Of a DNA stretch of 64,000 nt, positions 27,346 through 37,620 are shown piece by piece. A program made the translations under genes and the position numbers. The DNA comes from an uncultured Acidobacteriaceae bacterium (GTDB lineage: Bacteria; Acidobacteriota; Terriglobia; Terriglobales; Acidobacteriaceae). The notes below the pieces were generated by a model. The model had not been told where the DNA came from, made no database searches, and was given only the letters and a program-made list of their open reading frames with translations. How positions within the stretch are numbered: the stretch's first letter is position 1; each line of letters starts with the position of its first letter. The DNA lies in the NCBI GenBank assembly GCA_964403025.1, contig CAYOEH010000002.1, positions 341,921 to 405,920 of the forward strand, read 5' to 3'.

Positions 27346-30162
27346 TTACCTTGCTTCCTGCAGCAGCACCACATCGGACTCCGAATGGCTGCGCAGGACG
27401 CCCAGACTTTTTCCATCTGGCGACCAGTGGAACGAGGTGATCTGCTCCGAAGTAAAGTTGGTGATCTGGTGACCGGGTGAGCCATCCAGCGGCTGGATCC
27501 AAAGATTGTCCACACCGTTTTCGTGGATGGGATAGGCCACGCCCTTGTCGCCGGGTGTGAAGCGCACGCCGGCGCGGGTGATGCGTTGGTCCGCATCGAG
27601 CAGGCGGGGCGCGGTAGAACCAACTTCCAGCAGGACCACCTGCTCTTTGCCGCGCTGCGTTGCCGCATCGACGACTTCCACGATGTAAACCAGCGTCTTC
27701 CCGTCGCTGGACAATCCTATTCCCCCGCCAGCCACGAAGCTACTGGGCACAACGCTTCCCGGAACGATTTCCGCTTTCCCAGAACCATCCAGCGTAGCTC
27801 GCAAAATCCGTCCGGCGTTTTGGTCGAAGTAGTAAGCCCATTTTCCATCTGGCGAACAAAGGGAGCGCAAGTCCCGCTTCCCATCCGTGACTTGGGCCGC
27901 GCCGGAGCCATCTACGCTGGCGCGCCAGAGGCTGGCCGTGTTTGTGCCGCCATGGAATGACCAGGTGAAGATCACGTGGTCGCTGCCGCAAGGCGAAGGA
28001 TCAACAATCGCTGCCGCCGAATCACCAATAAGTTGAGTCTGATTCTTGCCGTCGGGCGTCATGCGCAGCAGGCGGGCGCCGTCGCTCACCAGCAAACCTC
28101 CGTCCGCTGTCCAATTAAACCCGCGGACTTCCTGCCCTGGCGGGAACACCGGTTTCGAATCGGCACTCTGTTGGCTGCCTGCGCCGGGAAGAACATACAA
28201 ACCCTGAGTGGTTTTTTGCTGCACCGAGGCTAGCGTCTTGCCGTCCGCGGAGAGCGTCAGATTGGAATACCGGTTGGTATCGCGAGTGATCGGCTGAAGC
28301 GGCCCACCCGTGCGCGAAATGAATCCGATCTGCGCCCGTGAGAAACTTGGGCCCGCCTGCTGGTAGATGGCAAGAATTCCCCGGCCATCCGGCAGCCACT
28401 GCAACTCAAAAAGGGCCTTGTCGTTCAACGTGGTTAGTCGACTGGTTTTTGCGCCTCCGATATCAAACAAATCAATTGCGCCCAAGGCTTGATCGGGCTG
28501 GAATAGGCTGAGAGCGAGCTGTTGGCCGTCCGGGGACCAACTCAAGTAAGCCGACGATTCGCCGATCGGCGCAATCCGCAGGATTTTCTCGTCGTTCCCG
28601 CTCAGATCGGCGCTCAGCAGTCGGGACTTGCCGATCTCAGGATCGTTGGCCCGCATATACGCCATGCGCTTGCCGTCTGGAGAAAACGAAATCTCGCTAT
28701 CGATGTCCCGCACCGCGGTTTGCGGAGTCCCGCCCAGCACCGGCGCGCGGTAGAGGTTGTAATCGCTGTTCACCGCATTCTGGGCTTTGCGGAAGTAGAT
28801 GTAATTTCCATCCGGCGAAAATGTAAGGCTGCGGTAAGTGGAGGCTGACGGCGGAACAACTTGCGTATCGCTGGCTGTGGGCACGTTGCGCAGCCACAAA
28901 CTCTGCAGACCATTGTCGTCGAGGACGCTGAGTATGTACTTTCCGTCGGGAGAGATGGCGGCCAGCGCGGCCTTCCCCGAATTCGTAACCTGCGTGACGC
29001 TGAAGTTCTGGAAGGGTGCGGCGCCGGGACGGTGGAACATCGAATAGACGCCGTAACCCGCCGCGGCCAGCAGGACGAGCACCGTAATCGCAATTGCACC
29101 GGTTCCCCATTTGTGTTGCTTGGCAGCGGCGGCGACCGCAGAACTGCTGGAGTGCGCCGGCCGTGCCGCGCTGCTCGCCGGAGCCGGAGGTGCGGCGCCG
29201 GCTGGTCCGGTGAGATTCGAGAAGGATGCTGCTGCGCGGTAGTTCTCGCCAGAAGCGACTTCCGGGGCCACGCGCCGGCCAGACTCAGTATCGCGCTTAA
29301 GCCGCTGCAAATCGGAGCGCAAATCAGCCGCATGCTGGTAGCGCAGGCCGGGATCCTTTTCCAGAGACTTGTTGATGATCCGTTCCAGTTCGCCCGGAAT
29401 TTCCGGATTCAGCCGGGCGGGCGGAATCGGCGAGCGATTCAGGATGCCGTCAAAAATTTCCGCGGATGTGCTTCCAGGAAATGCTTGCCGTCCCGTGGCC
29501 ATTTCATAAAGCACAATCCCGAAGGAAAAAATATCGCTGCGAGCATCCACTTCGCGTCCGCGGGCCTGCTCCGGCGACATGTAGGCCACGGTGCCGAGCG
29601 CGGTGCCCGGGCTCGTGAGATTGACTTCCCCCTCGGTGGCCGCAACACCGGTGAGGGTTTCGCCATTACCGCGGGAGATGACCTTCGCCAGGCCAAAATC
29701 AAGTACTTTGGCTTGTCCGCGTTCGGTCACAAAAATATTCGCGGGCTTGATGTCGCGATGGATGATGCCTTCTTTTTGCGCCGCATCGAGCGCATCGGCA
29801 ACCTCGATTCCAATGGTAAGAATCGTCTCCAGAGGCAAGGGCACGTTGCCCATGCGATGCTTGAGGGTGACACCCTTCAGCAATTCCATCGCAATGAAGG
29901 GATGTCCCTCCGCTTCATCAATATCGTGAATGGTGCAAATGTTGGGATGGTTCAGCGCGGAAGCGGCTTGTGCCTCGCGCCGGAAGCGCTCGAGCACCGC
30001 CTCATCGCGGCCAATTCCTTCGGGCAGAAACTTCAGCGCGATAAACCGGCGCAGCTTCGTATCCTCGGCCCGGAACACGACGCCCATTCCACCGCCGCCC
30101 AGTTTTTCCAGGACGCGATAGTGGGAAATCGTGCGGCCGATCGGAAACTGGTCGTCTGCCAT
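27346..30162 (-). CDS. Ser/Thr protein kinase with TM segment and extracytoplasmic PD40/TolB-like beta-propeller repeats
   Basis: Hanks kinase motifs ([28 protein letters not shown]), a TM segment ([18 protein letters not shown]), then repeated ...SPDGK..... segments typical of PD40 repeats. Confidence 0.9.
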   Translation of the reverse strand: MADDQFPIGRTISHYRVLEKLGGGGMGVVFRAEDTKLRRFIALKFLPEGIGRDEAVLERFRREAQAASALNHPNICTIHDIDEAEGHPFIAMELLKGVTLKHRMGNVPLPLETILTIGIEVADALDAAQKEGIIHRDIKPANIFVTERGQAKVLDFGLAKVISRGNGETLTGVAATEGEVNLTSPGTALGTVAYMSPEQARGREVDARSDIFSFGIVLYEMATGRQAFPGSTSAEIFDGILNRSPIPPARLNPEIPGELERIINKSLEKDPGLRYQHAADLRSDLQRLKRDTESGRRVAPEVASGENYRAAASFSNLTGPAGAAPPAPASSAARPAHSSSSAVAAAAKQHKWGTGAIAITVLVLLAAAGYGVYSMFHRPGAAPFQNFSVTQVTNSGKAALAAISPDGKYILSVLDDNGLQSLWLRNVPTASDTQVVPPSASTYRSLTFSPDGNYIYFRKAQNAVNSDYNLYRAPVLGGTPQTAVRDIDSEISFSPDGKRMAYMRANDPEIGKSRLLSADLSGNDEKILRIAPIGESSAYLSWSPDGQQLALSLFQPDQALGAIDLFDIGGAKTSRLTTLNDKALFELQWLPDGRGILAIYQQAGPSFSRAQIGFISRTGGPLQPITRDTNRYSNLTLSADGKTLASVQQKTTQGLYVLPGAGSQQSADSKPVFPPGQEVRGFNWTADGGLLVSDGARLLRMTPDGKNQTQLIGDSAAAIVDPSPCGSDHVIFTWSFHGGTNTASLWRASVDGSGAAQVTDGKRDLRSLCSPDGKWAYYFDQNAGRILRATLDGSGKAEIVPGSVVPSSFVAGGGIGLSSDGKTLVYIVEVVDAATQRGKEQVVLLEVGSTAPRLLDADQRITRAGVRFTPGDKGVAYPIHENGVDNLWIQPLDGSPGHQITNFTSEQITSFHWSPDGKSLGVLRSHSESDVVLLQEAR

Positions 30163-30326
30163 GTGCTGCGAATCTTAGTTCCCCTCCCCACCCGAGTCAA
30201 CATCGCGCAACTCGAATCGCACACTGCAAAAAATTGCGGGCTCGCATCCAGCGGCGCGTGGTACTTTACACGAATCTTGAAAACGGCCAGGAACCGCTGA
30301 CCAAAGTTGACCTCACAACCGCAACC

Positions 30327-31919
30327 ATGACCATCACCCGACGCGAGTTCATCGGCAGAATCGCGCAGGCCGGAGGCTACGGCGCTGCCTTCATGACCAT
30401 GCACTCGCTCGGCCTTCTGGGCATGGTCGAAACCGGGCAGCAGAAAGATTTTCCGCTGCCGCCATCGTCTGGCCGCGGAACGAAAGTGATTATTCTCGGC
30501 GCAGGAATTGCCGGGCTGGTCTCCGCCTACGAGATGCGCCGCGCGGGCTTCGACTGCACTGTGCTGGAGGCGCGCGATCGTCCGGGCGGACGCAACTGGA
30601 CGCTGCGTAGAGGATCAAAGCTTGTCTTCAACGATGGAACCTCGCAAGAGTGTACCTTCGACGAAGGAAATTACTTCAACTGTGGCCCCGCGCGGCTCCC
30701 TTCGATCCACAGAAATATTCTCGGCTATTGCAAGGAACTCGGAGTCGAGCTCGAAGTCGAGGTGAATACCTCGCGCTGCGCCCTGCTGCAGAATGACAAC
30801 GTCTTCGGCGGCCAACCCGTCCGGCAAGGGCAAGTGATCAATGACACTCGCGGTTACGTTGCCGAACTGCTGGCGAAGTGTGTGCAGAGGGGCGCGCTCG
30901 ATCAGCCGTTGACTCAGGACGAGCAGGCCGCAATGATGGAATTTCTCAAGTCCTATGGAGCTCTGGGGAAAAATTATCAGTACCGCGGCTCCAACCGCTC
31001 CGGCGACCGCCAGTTGCCCGGCGCCGGCGATCAGATCGAAATCCATCGCGATCCGCTTCCCTTCGCCGACTTGCTCAAGTCGAAACTTTATCGGCCGACG
31101 CTCTTTGAAGAAATGCTCGACATGCAGCCCACCATGTTCCAGCCCGTCGGCGGTATGGACCGGATTCCTTACGCATTCGCGCGCTCGCTGGGCAAGCTGG
31201 TTCGCTATAACTCCCCGATCACCGAAATCAGAAAGACGACCAATGGCGTCAGAGTGTCGTACCGCCATGCCGAATCCGGCTCGGTTCGTTCGATCGAAGC
31301 GTCCTATTGCATCTGCGCTTTGCCGCTCACCATTCTCAGGACGTTGCCGAATGATTTTGCCCCGCGCGTGAAATTGGCGATCGAGCAAGTCACCTACGAT
31401 TCTGCCTACAAGGTCGCGTGGGAGTCGCGGCGCTTCTGGGAGCAGGACGGCGATAACATCTATGGCGGTATCTCGTTTCTCACGACTGGGCCCATTCCGC
31501 AGGTCTGGTATCCCAGTGCGAAGCTGATGTCGAAGCGCGGAGTTCTGATCGCCGGCTACGCCATGGAGAACTTTGGCGATTTCGGCAAGCTGCCATCGAA
31601 CGAGGCAAAGCTGGCCGCCTCCAGGGCTGCGGTCGAGAAACTTCATCCCGGCAAGAGCAAGGAACTGGAGAAGCCGATGTATATGTGCTGGGGCAAGGTG
31701 CCCTACAATCTGGGATCCTGGGTGAGCCGCGGGCCCGACTATCCTCCGGCGGAAGAGGCCGCGTACTATGACGGCCCCTATCGCGAATTGATCGTTCCCG
31801 ACGATCGCATCAATTTTGCGGGAGACCACTGCAGCCACATCATTGGCTGGCAGGAAGGAGCGGCTCTCGCCGCCCAGCGGGCGATCACGATGATCGTCAG
31901 CCGGGTCAACCAGGCCTGA
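30327..31919 (+). CDS. Tat-exported flavin-dependent amine oxidase family protein
   Basis: ORF trimmed to ATG 30327. Twin-arginine motif TRREFIGR. FAD dinucleotide fold VIILGAGIAGLVSAYEM and LEARDRPGGR. Confidence 0.8.
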   Translation: MTITRREFIGRIAQAGGYGAAFMTMHSLGLLGMVETGQQKDFPLPPSSGRGTKVIILGAGIAGLVSAYEMRRAGFDCTVLEARDRPGGRNWTLRRGSKLVFNDGTSQECTFDEGNYFNCGPARLPSIHRNILGYCKELGVELEVEVNTSRCALLQNDNVFGGQPVRQGQVINDTRGYVAELLAKCVQRGALDQPLTQDEQAAMMEFLKSYGALGKNYQYRGSNRSGDRQLPGAGDQIEIHRDPLPFADLLKSKLYRPTLFEEMLDMQPTMFQPVGGMDRIPYAFARSLGKLVRYNSPITEIRKTTNGVRVSYRHAESGSVRSIEASYCICALPLTILRTLPNDFAPRVKLAIEQVTYDSAYKVAWESRRFWEQDGDNIYGGISFLTTGPIPQVWYPSAKLMSKRGVLIAGYAMENFGDFGKLPSNEAKLAASRAAVEKLHPGKSKELEKPMYMCWGKVPYNLGSWVSRGPDYPPAEEAAYYDGPYRELIVPDDRINFAGDHCSHIIGWQEGAALAAQRAITMIVSRVNQA

Positions 31920-32549
31920 CTAGTTGCCGTCACCCTCCCACGCCGCATCGCAGGAGTGGCAATGCCAGCCCGTTCGCTGCACAGGCATCGGCACGCGCAG
32001 GAAGGCGCTCATGTAAGCAATGGGACGATCCAACTCCTGGAAGTTCACATCCAGCGACTGGCACTTGGGACAGCGCGGCTGCTCATAGAGTCCGATGCCG
32101 TGCACGTAGAGACCTTCGAGAATCGGCTCGTCGAGAATTTTCCGGGCGTTAAGTACATCCGGCCCGCGCACCTTCAGCTTGATGCCGCCGATGAAGTTTG
32201 AAATGAACCAGTCCAGCCGGACCAGGTTTTCGTCAGCCAGAAAACATTCAATGCCGGAAGATTCCAGACTGCCCTTCGCCAGCAACGCCTCCGGCAGGTC
32301 GCGAAACTGGCGGATGGTCACAAGCTCGCGCATTTCCATTTCTCGCCGCGGCTCGGTTGGCGCATCGTCGGAAACTTCCAGATGCCGGCGGTCCATCTCA
32401 TCCTCGAGCGCATCCCACGCCAATTCGGTCAGCGACTCCGCATTCCGCGCCAGACGCTGCAATTCGCCGTCCGTCATGCCGGCATAATTCTCCGCCAGCC
32501 TGCGGCGCTCGCGTTGCGCGTCAAGAAAAGACTCGTCCAGATGTGACAC
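31920..32549 (-). CDS. hypothetical protein, DUF2007-like domain plus C-terminal Cys4 ribbon
   Basis: The central segment LVTIRQFRDLPEALLAKGSLESSGIECFLADEN...LKVRGPDVLNARKIL resembles DUF2007. C-terminus CPKC...CHSC. Its stop abuts the amine oxidase stop. Confidence 0.5.
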   Translation of the reverse strand: MSHLDESFLDAQRERRRLAENYAGMTDGELQRLARNAESLTELAWDALEDEMDRRHLEVSDDAPTEPRREMEMRELVTIRQFRDLPEALLAKGSLESSGIECFLADENLVRLDWFISNFIGGIKLKVRGPDVLNARKILDEPILEGLYVHGIGLYEQPRCPKCQSLDVNFQELDRPIAYMSAFLRVPMPVQRTGWHCHSCDAAWEGDGN

Positions 32550-32631
32550 TCGCCAAGGATACTTCGACTCGCTTCATTCAGCAAATCCCCGCTAAACCGC
32601 ATCCCCCAAGCCACAACCAGATACTCAAGCC

Positions 32632-32958
32632 TCATTTCTGGTTCAAGGATTTGATCTGCTGTACTAGGGCATCGATTTCTTCCGGCGTCAGCTTGCTGGC
32701 GAACTTCGGCATCCGGCCCTTGCCATTCGTGATGAGGTTGCGCAAGTCGTCGGCGGACGCGGCAGTCACCTTTTCGGAGACGAGCGGAGGTCCGCCGAAG
32801 TGCCGTCCCGCAGCGGTTTTGCCGTGGCACTTCGCGCAGTTTTTCTCGAAGACTGGGTTGGTGGTCAACGTGGCATTCGACGGCGATTCTTGGCCGAAAA
32901 CCGAAGCCTGGGCTATGAGCAGCAACGAGATGACAACCGCACTCCGGGGAATTTTCAC
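32632..32958 (-). CDS. small monohaem c-type cytochrome
   Basis: Haem motif CAKCHG, with a distal Met candidate in GKGRMP. I start at GTG 32958 (VKIPRSAVVISLLLIAQASVFG signal peptide). The track ORF extends to 33114 and that start cannot be excluded. Confidence 0.7.
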   Translation of the reverse strand: MKIPRSAVVISLLLIAQASVFGQESPSNATLTTNPVFEKNCAKCHGKTAAGRHFGGPPLVSEKVTAASADDLRNLITNGKGRMPKFASKLTPEEIDALVQQIKSLNQK

Positions 32959-33487
32959 TTTGAACCTCGTTGAGATGAACCGTAAAAACTTGGATGCGTC
33001 AATCGGCTCGAAGCGCCGGCTGAATGTTGGCCACAAACAGCAAACGGCCCGCAATCTCTTTCGAGCTTGCGGGCCGTCCGGTGGACTGTTTGGGATTGAC
33101 CAAGAGGTGGTCACTCTACGTGGCCTCTCACGGCAACTCCCGGGTCAGGCCGAAGCCTAAGGACGAAAGCCTTCGCGCGACCGACGCGATGCCGCCATCC
33201 GTACTCACCGGCTAGTGTGCGGGCTGTAGCTCCGGCGCCTTTTCCAATCACGCGCCCAGAGCCCCGCTTAGAGCAACCAGCTCTAAGTCTCAGCCACCTC
33301 ACCTGGTCTTAGACTCCCACAACATTTGCCACAACAATCAGAACTTGTCATTCGACCACCTCCTTCCCGGTGTTATTGCAGACTAGTACGAAATCCTGTG
33401 CAGCGTCAACCGGCACAAAAGTGGGTATCGAAGACGTCACTGCCGCGCGCCACCGCACTTATTGAGAATTGACCGATCCGTCCAATG

Positions 33488-33515
33488 AAAAAGCCCCGCC
33501 AGGTCATGGCGGGGC
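33488..33515 (-). terminator. intrinsic terminator after gene 33554-34603
   Basis: Stem gccccgcc (33493-33500) / ggcggggc (33508-33515), followed on the minus strand by TTTTT (33488-33492). Confidence 0.8.
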
Positions 33516-33553
33516 AATTCCTTCACACTCCTGTATTTCTATCCGCCTCGCTC

Positions 33554-34603
33554 TTATTTCGGAGAGCAAGCGTGATAGAAGTTGGAATACATCAACTGCA
33601 CTTCGTATTTGTGCCCGTTGAGCGTGAGGACCGGATCGAGAAACTGGAATGCGGTATTCCCCAGAGGCTCGCAAAGGTCGGCGATTTCCGCACCTGCAGA
33701 CAAAAGCGAACTATCCGAAATCCATGCGTCGATGTCGGGATCGGTGATGGTTTCAATCGTCTCGTGTGCCAGTACGGAGTTCGTTGAATCGGCCAGAATG
33801 CCGTTTGGATCGGGTGGCGCTGCCTGGCACCCGGGAACGTTCTGGTCCGGTTGCACGCTGAACAATACATGGCCGATGTCGCTGAAGGTCAGGCTGCCAT
33901 GATACGCACAGAAGACAAACGCCGACGGATTATCCGGGGAATAGCATTCCGCCGTCTCGTCAAAGCAAGTGTCCACGCCGGGTGGCAGGAACACGTGATA
34001 CTCGTGGCCATAGCCGCCCGGAGTTCCCAGCGCTGCTGCCGCATCGTGCACCAGACCAAAAAGATCACTTTGATCCAGCTCGTTTGTAAACATCGTCAAA
34101 TTGGCGAAAATATGGGGGCCAACTCCATATACACCGGACGTTCCGGTGTACTGATCGGTCACATGAATGAAGGTGCTCAACCCAAGATCGGTGAGGAACT
34201 TTTCAGGATTTCCCCAGCATTTCGCCACTCCGCCGCAGGTGCTTGAATTCAAATAGACAGCGTGCGAGAGCATGTCGGTGACCACGGGTCCGCCGAAGTA
34301 AACCAGGTCATCGGGGTAGAAGCCGGGAGCGGGCACCGCTGCAATCGAACCTTTTGCCTTATTCTTGGGAATCGCTGTGCCGAAGTTGTGGGCCGCCAGC
34401 GCGCTTTGCCCTGCCGCGGTATTGGCGGGAAAGATGTGATACTGGAAGTTGGAATAGGTGTATCCCGCCTTAGCCGCGGGGGTCACCTTGATCGAGATAT
34501 CTGCATTGTCCTGGGCGAAAATGCAGGGCACAAGAATGGACAGCGCAACGACCAACGCTGCAACGTTGAGTCGCCAAATCAGGGGCTGTTTTGAACCGCT
34601 CAT
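33554..34603 (-). CDS. hypothetical secreted protein with AHETIETITDP motif
   Basis: ORF trimmed to ATG 34603 with a good RBS (aaggaaggag). Signal/TM segment LNVAALVVALSILVPCIFAQ. Contains CAYHG ... LAHETIETITDP ... EIADLC. Confidence 0.65.
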   Translation of the reverse strand: MSGSKQPLIWRLNVAALVVALSILVPCIFAQDNADISIKVTPAAKAGYTYSNFQYHIFPANTAAGQSALAAHNFGTAIPKNKAKGSIAAVPAPGFYPDDLVYFGGPVVTDMLSHAVYLNSSTCGGVAKCWGNPEKFLTDLGLSTFIHVTDQYTGTSGVYGVGPHIFANLTMFTNELDQSDLFGLVHDAAAALGTPGGYGHEYHVFLPPGVDTCFDETAECYSPDNPSAFVFCAYHGSLTFSDIGHVLFSVQPDQNVPGCQAAPPDPNGILADSTNSVLAHETIETITDPDIDAWISDSSLLSAGAEIADLCEPLGNTAFQFLDPVLTLNGHKYEVQLMYSNFYHACSPK

Positions 34604-34799
34604 AAAAATCTCCTTCCTTATTGTTGCTGGGTGGATGCACGCCAGCATTTGGGAAATGTCCACTGCAGGGGTAGGCTGGACTGGTCAGAGATTTTCTGTC
34701 GATCAGAGTTCTCTTGTCAACGCTGCAACAATTTGCACAGTGGTGATTTCTTAATCGCCGGGCATCAGGCCGGTTTCAACCAGGCCTGCCTCGGCCAGC

Positions 34800-34985
34800 T
34801 CATGCTCCATTTAAATCGTTCGCAGTTGCGGAGATTTCCGTTGCCAGTTGCGATTGGAAGTCGCGGCTGACATTCTTCAACCGGGCAACCAGCTTCCCAG
34901 CCTGTTGCGCCACCTCAGCCAGCTTCTTGGGCCCAAAAATAACCAGGCCCAGCAATCCCAGAAACAACATTTCCGACAAGCTCAT
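34800..34985 (-). CDS. TatA/TatB-family twin-arginine translocase subunit (second copy)
   Basis: 61 aa. N-terminal TM helix followed by FGPKKLAE, then an amphipathic helix. Its ATG overlaps the upstream stop. Confidence 0.8.
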   Translation of the reverse strand: MSLSEMLFLGLLGLVIFGPKKLAEVAQQAGKLVARLKNVSRDFQSQLATEISATANDLNGA

Positions 34986-35179
34986 AGTTTTTCCTCCGTC
35001 GTTTTCGGCGTCGGCGCCAGTGCCGCCGGCTCTTCTTTTCCTTGCATCGCGGCCTTGAATCCACGGATACCTTCGCCCATGCCTTTTCCTAGTTCGGGCA
35101 GCTTCTTGGGGCCAAAGATGAGCAGAGCGATTCCTGCAACAATCAGCAAATGCATGGGTTGAAACAAGCCTTCAAACAT
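34982..35179 (-). CDS. tatA: twin-arginine translocase subunit TatA
   Basis: 65 aa, MFEGLFQPMHLLIVAGIALLIFGPKKLPELGKGMGEGIRGFK, a canonical TatA. Confidence 0.85.
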   Translation of the reverse strand: MFEGLFQPMHLLIVAGIALLIFGPKKLPELGKGMGEGIRGFKAAMQGKEEPAALAPTPKTTEEKL

Positions 35180-35326
35180 CGGTGTTCCTCCAGTCGAATA
35201 AACAACGTAGTAAACGTTCAGCTAAAAATGGGCGCTGCGACCCGATCAATTTAGTCCACAGCGCCCGCCAGCGCGATCCGCGTGACAAGCCATCCCCCGA
35301 AAACTCTCACGCGATTTCGCGAACTT

Positions 35327-36466
35327 TTAAGCCCCGCGTTTCGCTGCGTCGGCAGCGGCGGCCAGAGCGCTCAAAGTGCTGAAGAACTGCGGCGATTGGC
35401 CGATGAAGAGCCCACTTGCGGTGAGGCCCTGGACCGCAGCCATGGCGCCGGCAAATTGATCGGTTATCGGACGAATCATCGAAACACGAGGCAGGTTGGG
35501 GCTGAATTCAAACGGGACCGGGAAGATCAGGCTGGGCTGAATCAGCGGATTGAGTGGGCTGAAAAAATTAGGGAATTTCAGGCCGGAGATCGAGTCCTTA
35601 AACGGCGCAACCGGGACCTGCACTCCGTTACCCGCAAAATCAACCCATTCCAGGAAGTGAGCGATCTCGTCCCCACCAATGCCGAGAGTAATCATGAGCA
35701 CTTGCGGGCTCGTCACTTTTTGACTCATCGCCGCGTAAAGGCTGGTTCCGCCTTGCTCGATTTGACCAAAGTGGAAGGCCGCCACATTCGCGATCGCCTG
35801 AATGTGATCGTTGCCCCGAAAATTGGGGTTGGATTTGCCTTCATAATCGGCATCGCTTCTCGGAATGGCGGTAACTCCATTGAGAGTGATTGCCTGCGGG
35901 AAGGTCGCGCCGAGGTCGGGATTGGTTGTGCTGCGGTAGCGAACGAACCAGCTGGTGTCAACGTTGAGATTCATGAGGTTCGTGAGCCGCGAGCTGCCCG
36001 TCGATCCCTGCGCCGTGCTTCCCGGCAACGTTTCGAACTCCTCGAAGTTCACTGGCTCGGCGCCTACGGACTCTAGAAAGGCGTTGAGAAAAGTCGCGTG
36101 ACTCACTTCATCCAGCGTGTTGCTGGCGATGTATTGCGGGCCATCGGAATCGAGGTTCGACAGAGCTACCTGGTAAGGATTCAGCACCTGCTTCGGATCC
36201 ACTTCAATGGGCGGGTTATTGCCGATCCCGCCGAGTTCCGCATACTGCGTCCACAGGTCTGACTCGATCAGTTCCGCGGCCGCGAGGAATCGAAGAATCG
36301 CAATATCTCCCTTGGTAATGGTTGTACTGCTGCTCTGGGCGAACGCGGGTAGCCCGCTGCCCAGGATGCCAGCTCCAACGGTCGCCACCGCTCCGGCGAC
36401 CATGCTGTTCTTGAGGAACGCGCGCCGGTTGGCGGTGCGTTCCAGAATTTCCGTGAGTTGCTTCAT
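35327..36466 (-). CDS. Tat-exported ferritin-like domain protein
   Basis: ORF trimmed to ATG 36466. Twin-arginine motif NRRAFLKNS. DIAILRFLAAAELIESDLWTQY and a second similar half resemble the ferritin-like (Ferritin_2-type) duplication. Confidence 0.7.
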   Translation of the reverse strand: MKQLTEILERTANRRAFLKNSMVAGAVATVGAGILGSGLPAFAQSSSTTITKGDIAILRFLAAAELIESDLWTQYAELGGIGNNPPIEVDPKQVLNPYQVALSNLDSDGPQYIASNTLDEVSHATFLNAFLESVGAEPVNFEEFETLPGSTAQGSTGSSRLTNLMNLNVDTSWFVRYRSTTNPDLGATFPQAITLNGVTAIPRSDADYEGKSNPNFRGNDHIQAIANVAAFHFGQIEQGGTSLYAAMSQKVTSPQVLMITLGIGGDEIAHFLEWVDFAGNGVQVPVAPFKDSISGLKFPNFFSPLNPLIQPSLIFPVPFEFSPNLPRVSMIRPITDQFAGAMAAVQGLTASGLFIGQSPQFFSTLSALAAAADAAKRGA

Positions 36467-36917
36467 GATTTCCTCTCTTTCACCGCATCCCACTGCTTGC
36501 ATCGGTCACGGTGTAAACGGAGAGTAGCGTGCGCTCGTGTGGCCCCATGTCACGTGAAAGTCAAAGCTTTGTATTTTCTAGGAGGATTTGTCTCTTCGAA
36601 ATCTCGCAGGATTCAAGTCCTGCAGTTTGGTTGGGCGAATCTTAATTCAAGGCTGGACGATTGCGCACCAGGAGCGGATCTCGTGTCGCTCGCGCCACTG
36701 GCACGGCTGCCCCAACACAGATTCGTCCCACGCTATAATTAGAAACTTACAAAATTACCCACATTTACGTGTCCACTTGCAACCCGCTCGCGTGGTTTCG
36801 CGTTCTTACTTAGTTTCGGCAATGACACGGTGTGATGCGATCGGCAGAACCGTGCTCCAAATTCTTTGCGTTGTGGATCTCCTGTATGCGCAGTTGTTGA
36901 AAGGAAAAAACTTCGAA

Positions 36918-37610
36918 ATGATTCGCCTGGCCGTTGCAACGATTGCTTTGATCGCCCTGATGAGCGCGTGTGCCTTTGCGCAGGACTCCGCACCGAAAGT
37001 GCAGGTGTTTGGCGGCTACTCCTTCGTGCACGTGGATAACGGCGGCCTCTCGCCCAATACGCTCTATGCCGCACTGCACGAGCCCAACAACCCATTCGCG
37101 ATCGGTTCCAACTTTAATGGCTGGAACGCGGAGGCGCAGTACAACTTCACCCGCGTGATCGGAATCGTCGCCGACGTGGATGGCCGCTACGGCACGCCCA
37201 TCATCTCGTCAAGGTTCGCCACGCTCACCGGACTCCCCAAATCCACTGCCTATTCATTCCTGGTTGGACCGGTGTTTTCGTTCCGGAGTAAATCGAAACT
37301 GACGCCGTTCGTCCACGTGCTCTTCGGTTTTGATCGAACCAGCCTGAACGCAACCACCATCTCGGGGCTGGTGAATCCGCTGGCCTCCACGGCCACGACT
37401 GACACCGACGCAACCCTCGCCTTTGGCGGCGGACTCGATTACCGATTGTTCCGGCGGTTTGCTCTTCGTCTCTTCCAAGTGGACGATCTCCGCACCTATC
37501 ACAATCTGAATAAACTCTACGACGGCACCTTCAATACCGGACAGTTCTACAACCTCGGTCTTCACCAGAACAACATTCGGATTTCAACGGGAATTTCTCT
37601 ACGCTTCTGA
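36918..37610 (+). CDS. outer-membrane beta-barrel protein (OmpA-like barrel/porin family)
   Basis: ORF trimmed to ATG 36918. Signal peptide MIRLAVATIALIALMSACAFAQ. Alternating beta-strand pattern (VFGGYSFVH, GWNAEAQYNF). C-terminal ...GISLRF. Confidence 0.7.
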   Translation: MIRLAVATIALIALMSACAFAQDSAPKVQVFGGYSFVHVDNGGLSPNTLYAALHEPNNPFAIGSNFNGWNAEAQYNFTRVIGIVADVDGRYGTPIISSRFATLTGLPKSTAYSFLVGPVFSFRSKSKLTPFVHVLFGFDRTSLNATTISGLVNPLASTATTDTDATLAFGGGLDYRLFRRFALRLFQVDDLRTYHNLNKLYDGTFNTGQFYNLGLHQNNIRISTGISLRF

Positions 37611-37620
37611 CGCTGTTTTT

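Noticed and set aside
27189-27668. 159-aa minus-strand ORF overlapping the 3' end of the kinase gene and the intergenic region
   Set aside because: It is out of frame with, and overlaps, the well-supported kinase ORF. Its product is Trp/Arg/Ser-rich without motifs.
28861-30300. 479-aa plus-strand ORF opposite the Ser/Thr kinase
   Set aside because: It is a shadow ORF. The minus-strand frame carries complete Hanks kinase motifs, while the plus-frame product is an Arg-rich low-information sequence.
33121-33310. Possible cobalamin, TPP or c-di-GMP-I riboswitch
   Set aside because: Fragments resemble pieces of these consensus sequences: CCCGCACACUAG, GCUGAGA, and GGCAAC...GGACGAAAGCC on the plus strand. 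None has the full set of conserved elements in the right order and spacing, and the plus-strand candidate has no downstream gene. The region is kept only as an unexplained structured region.
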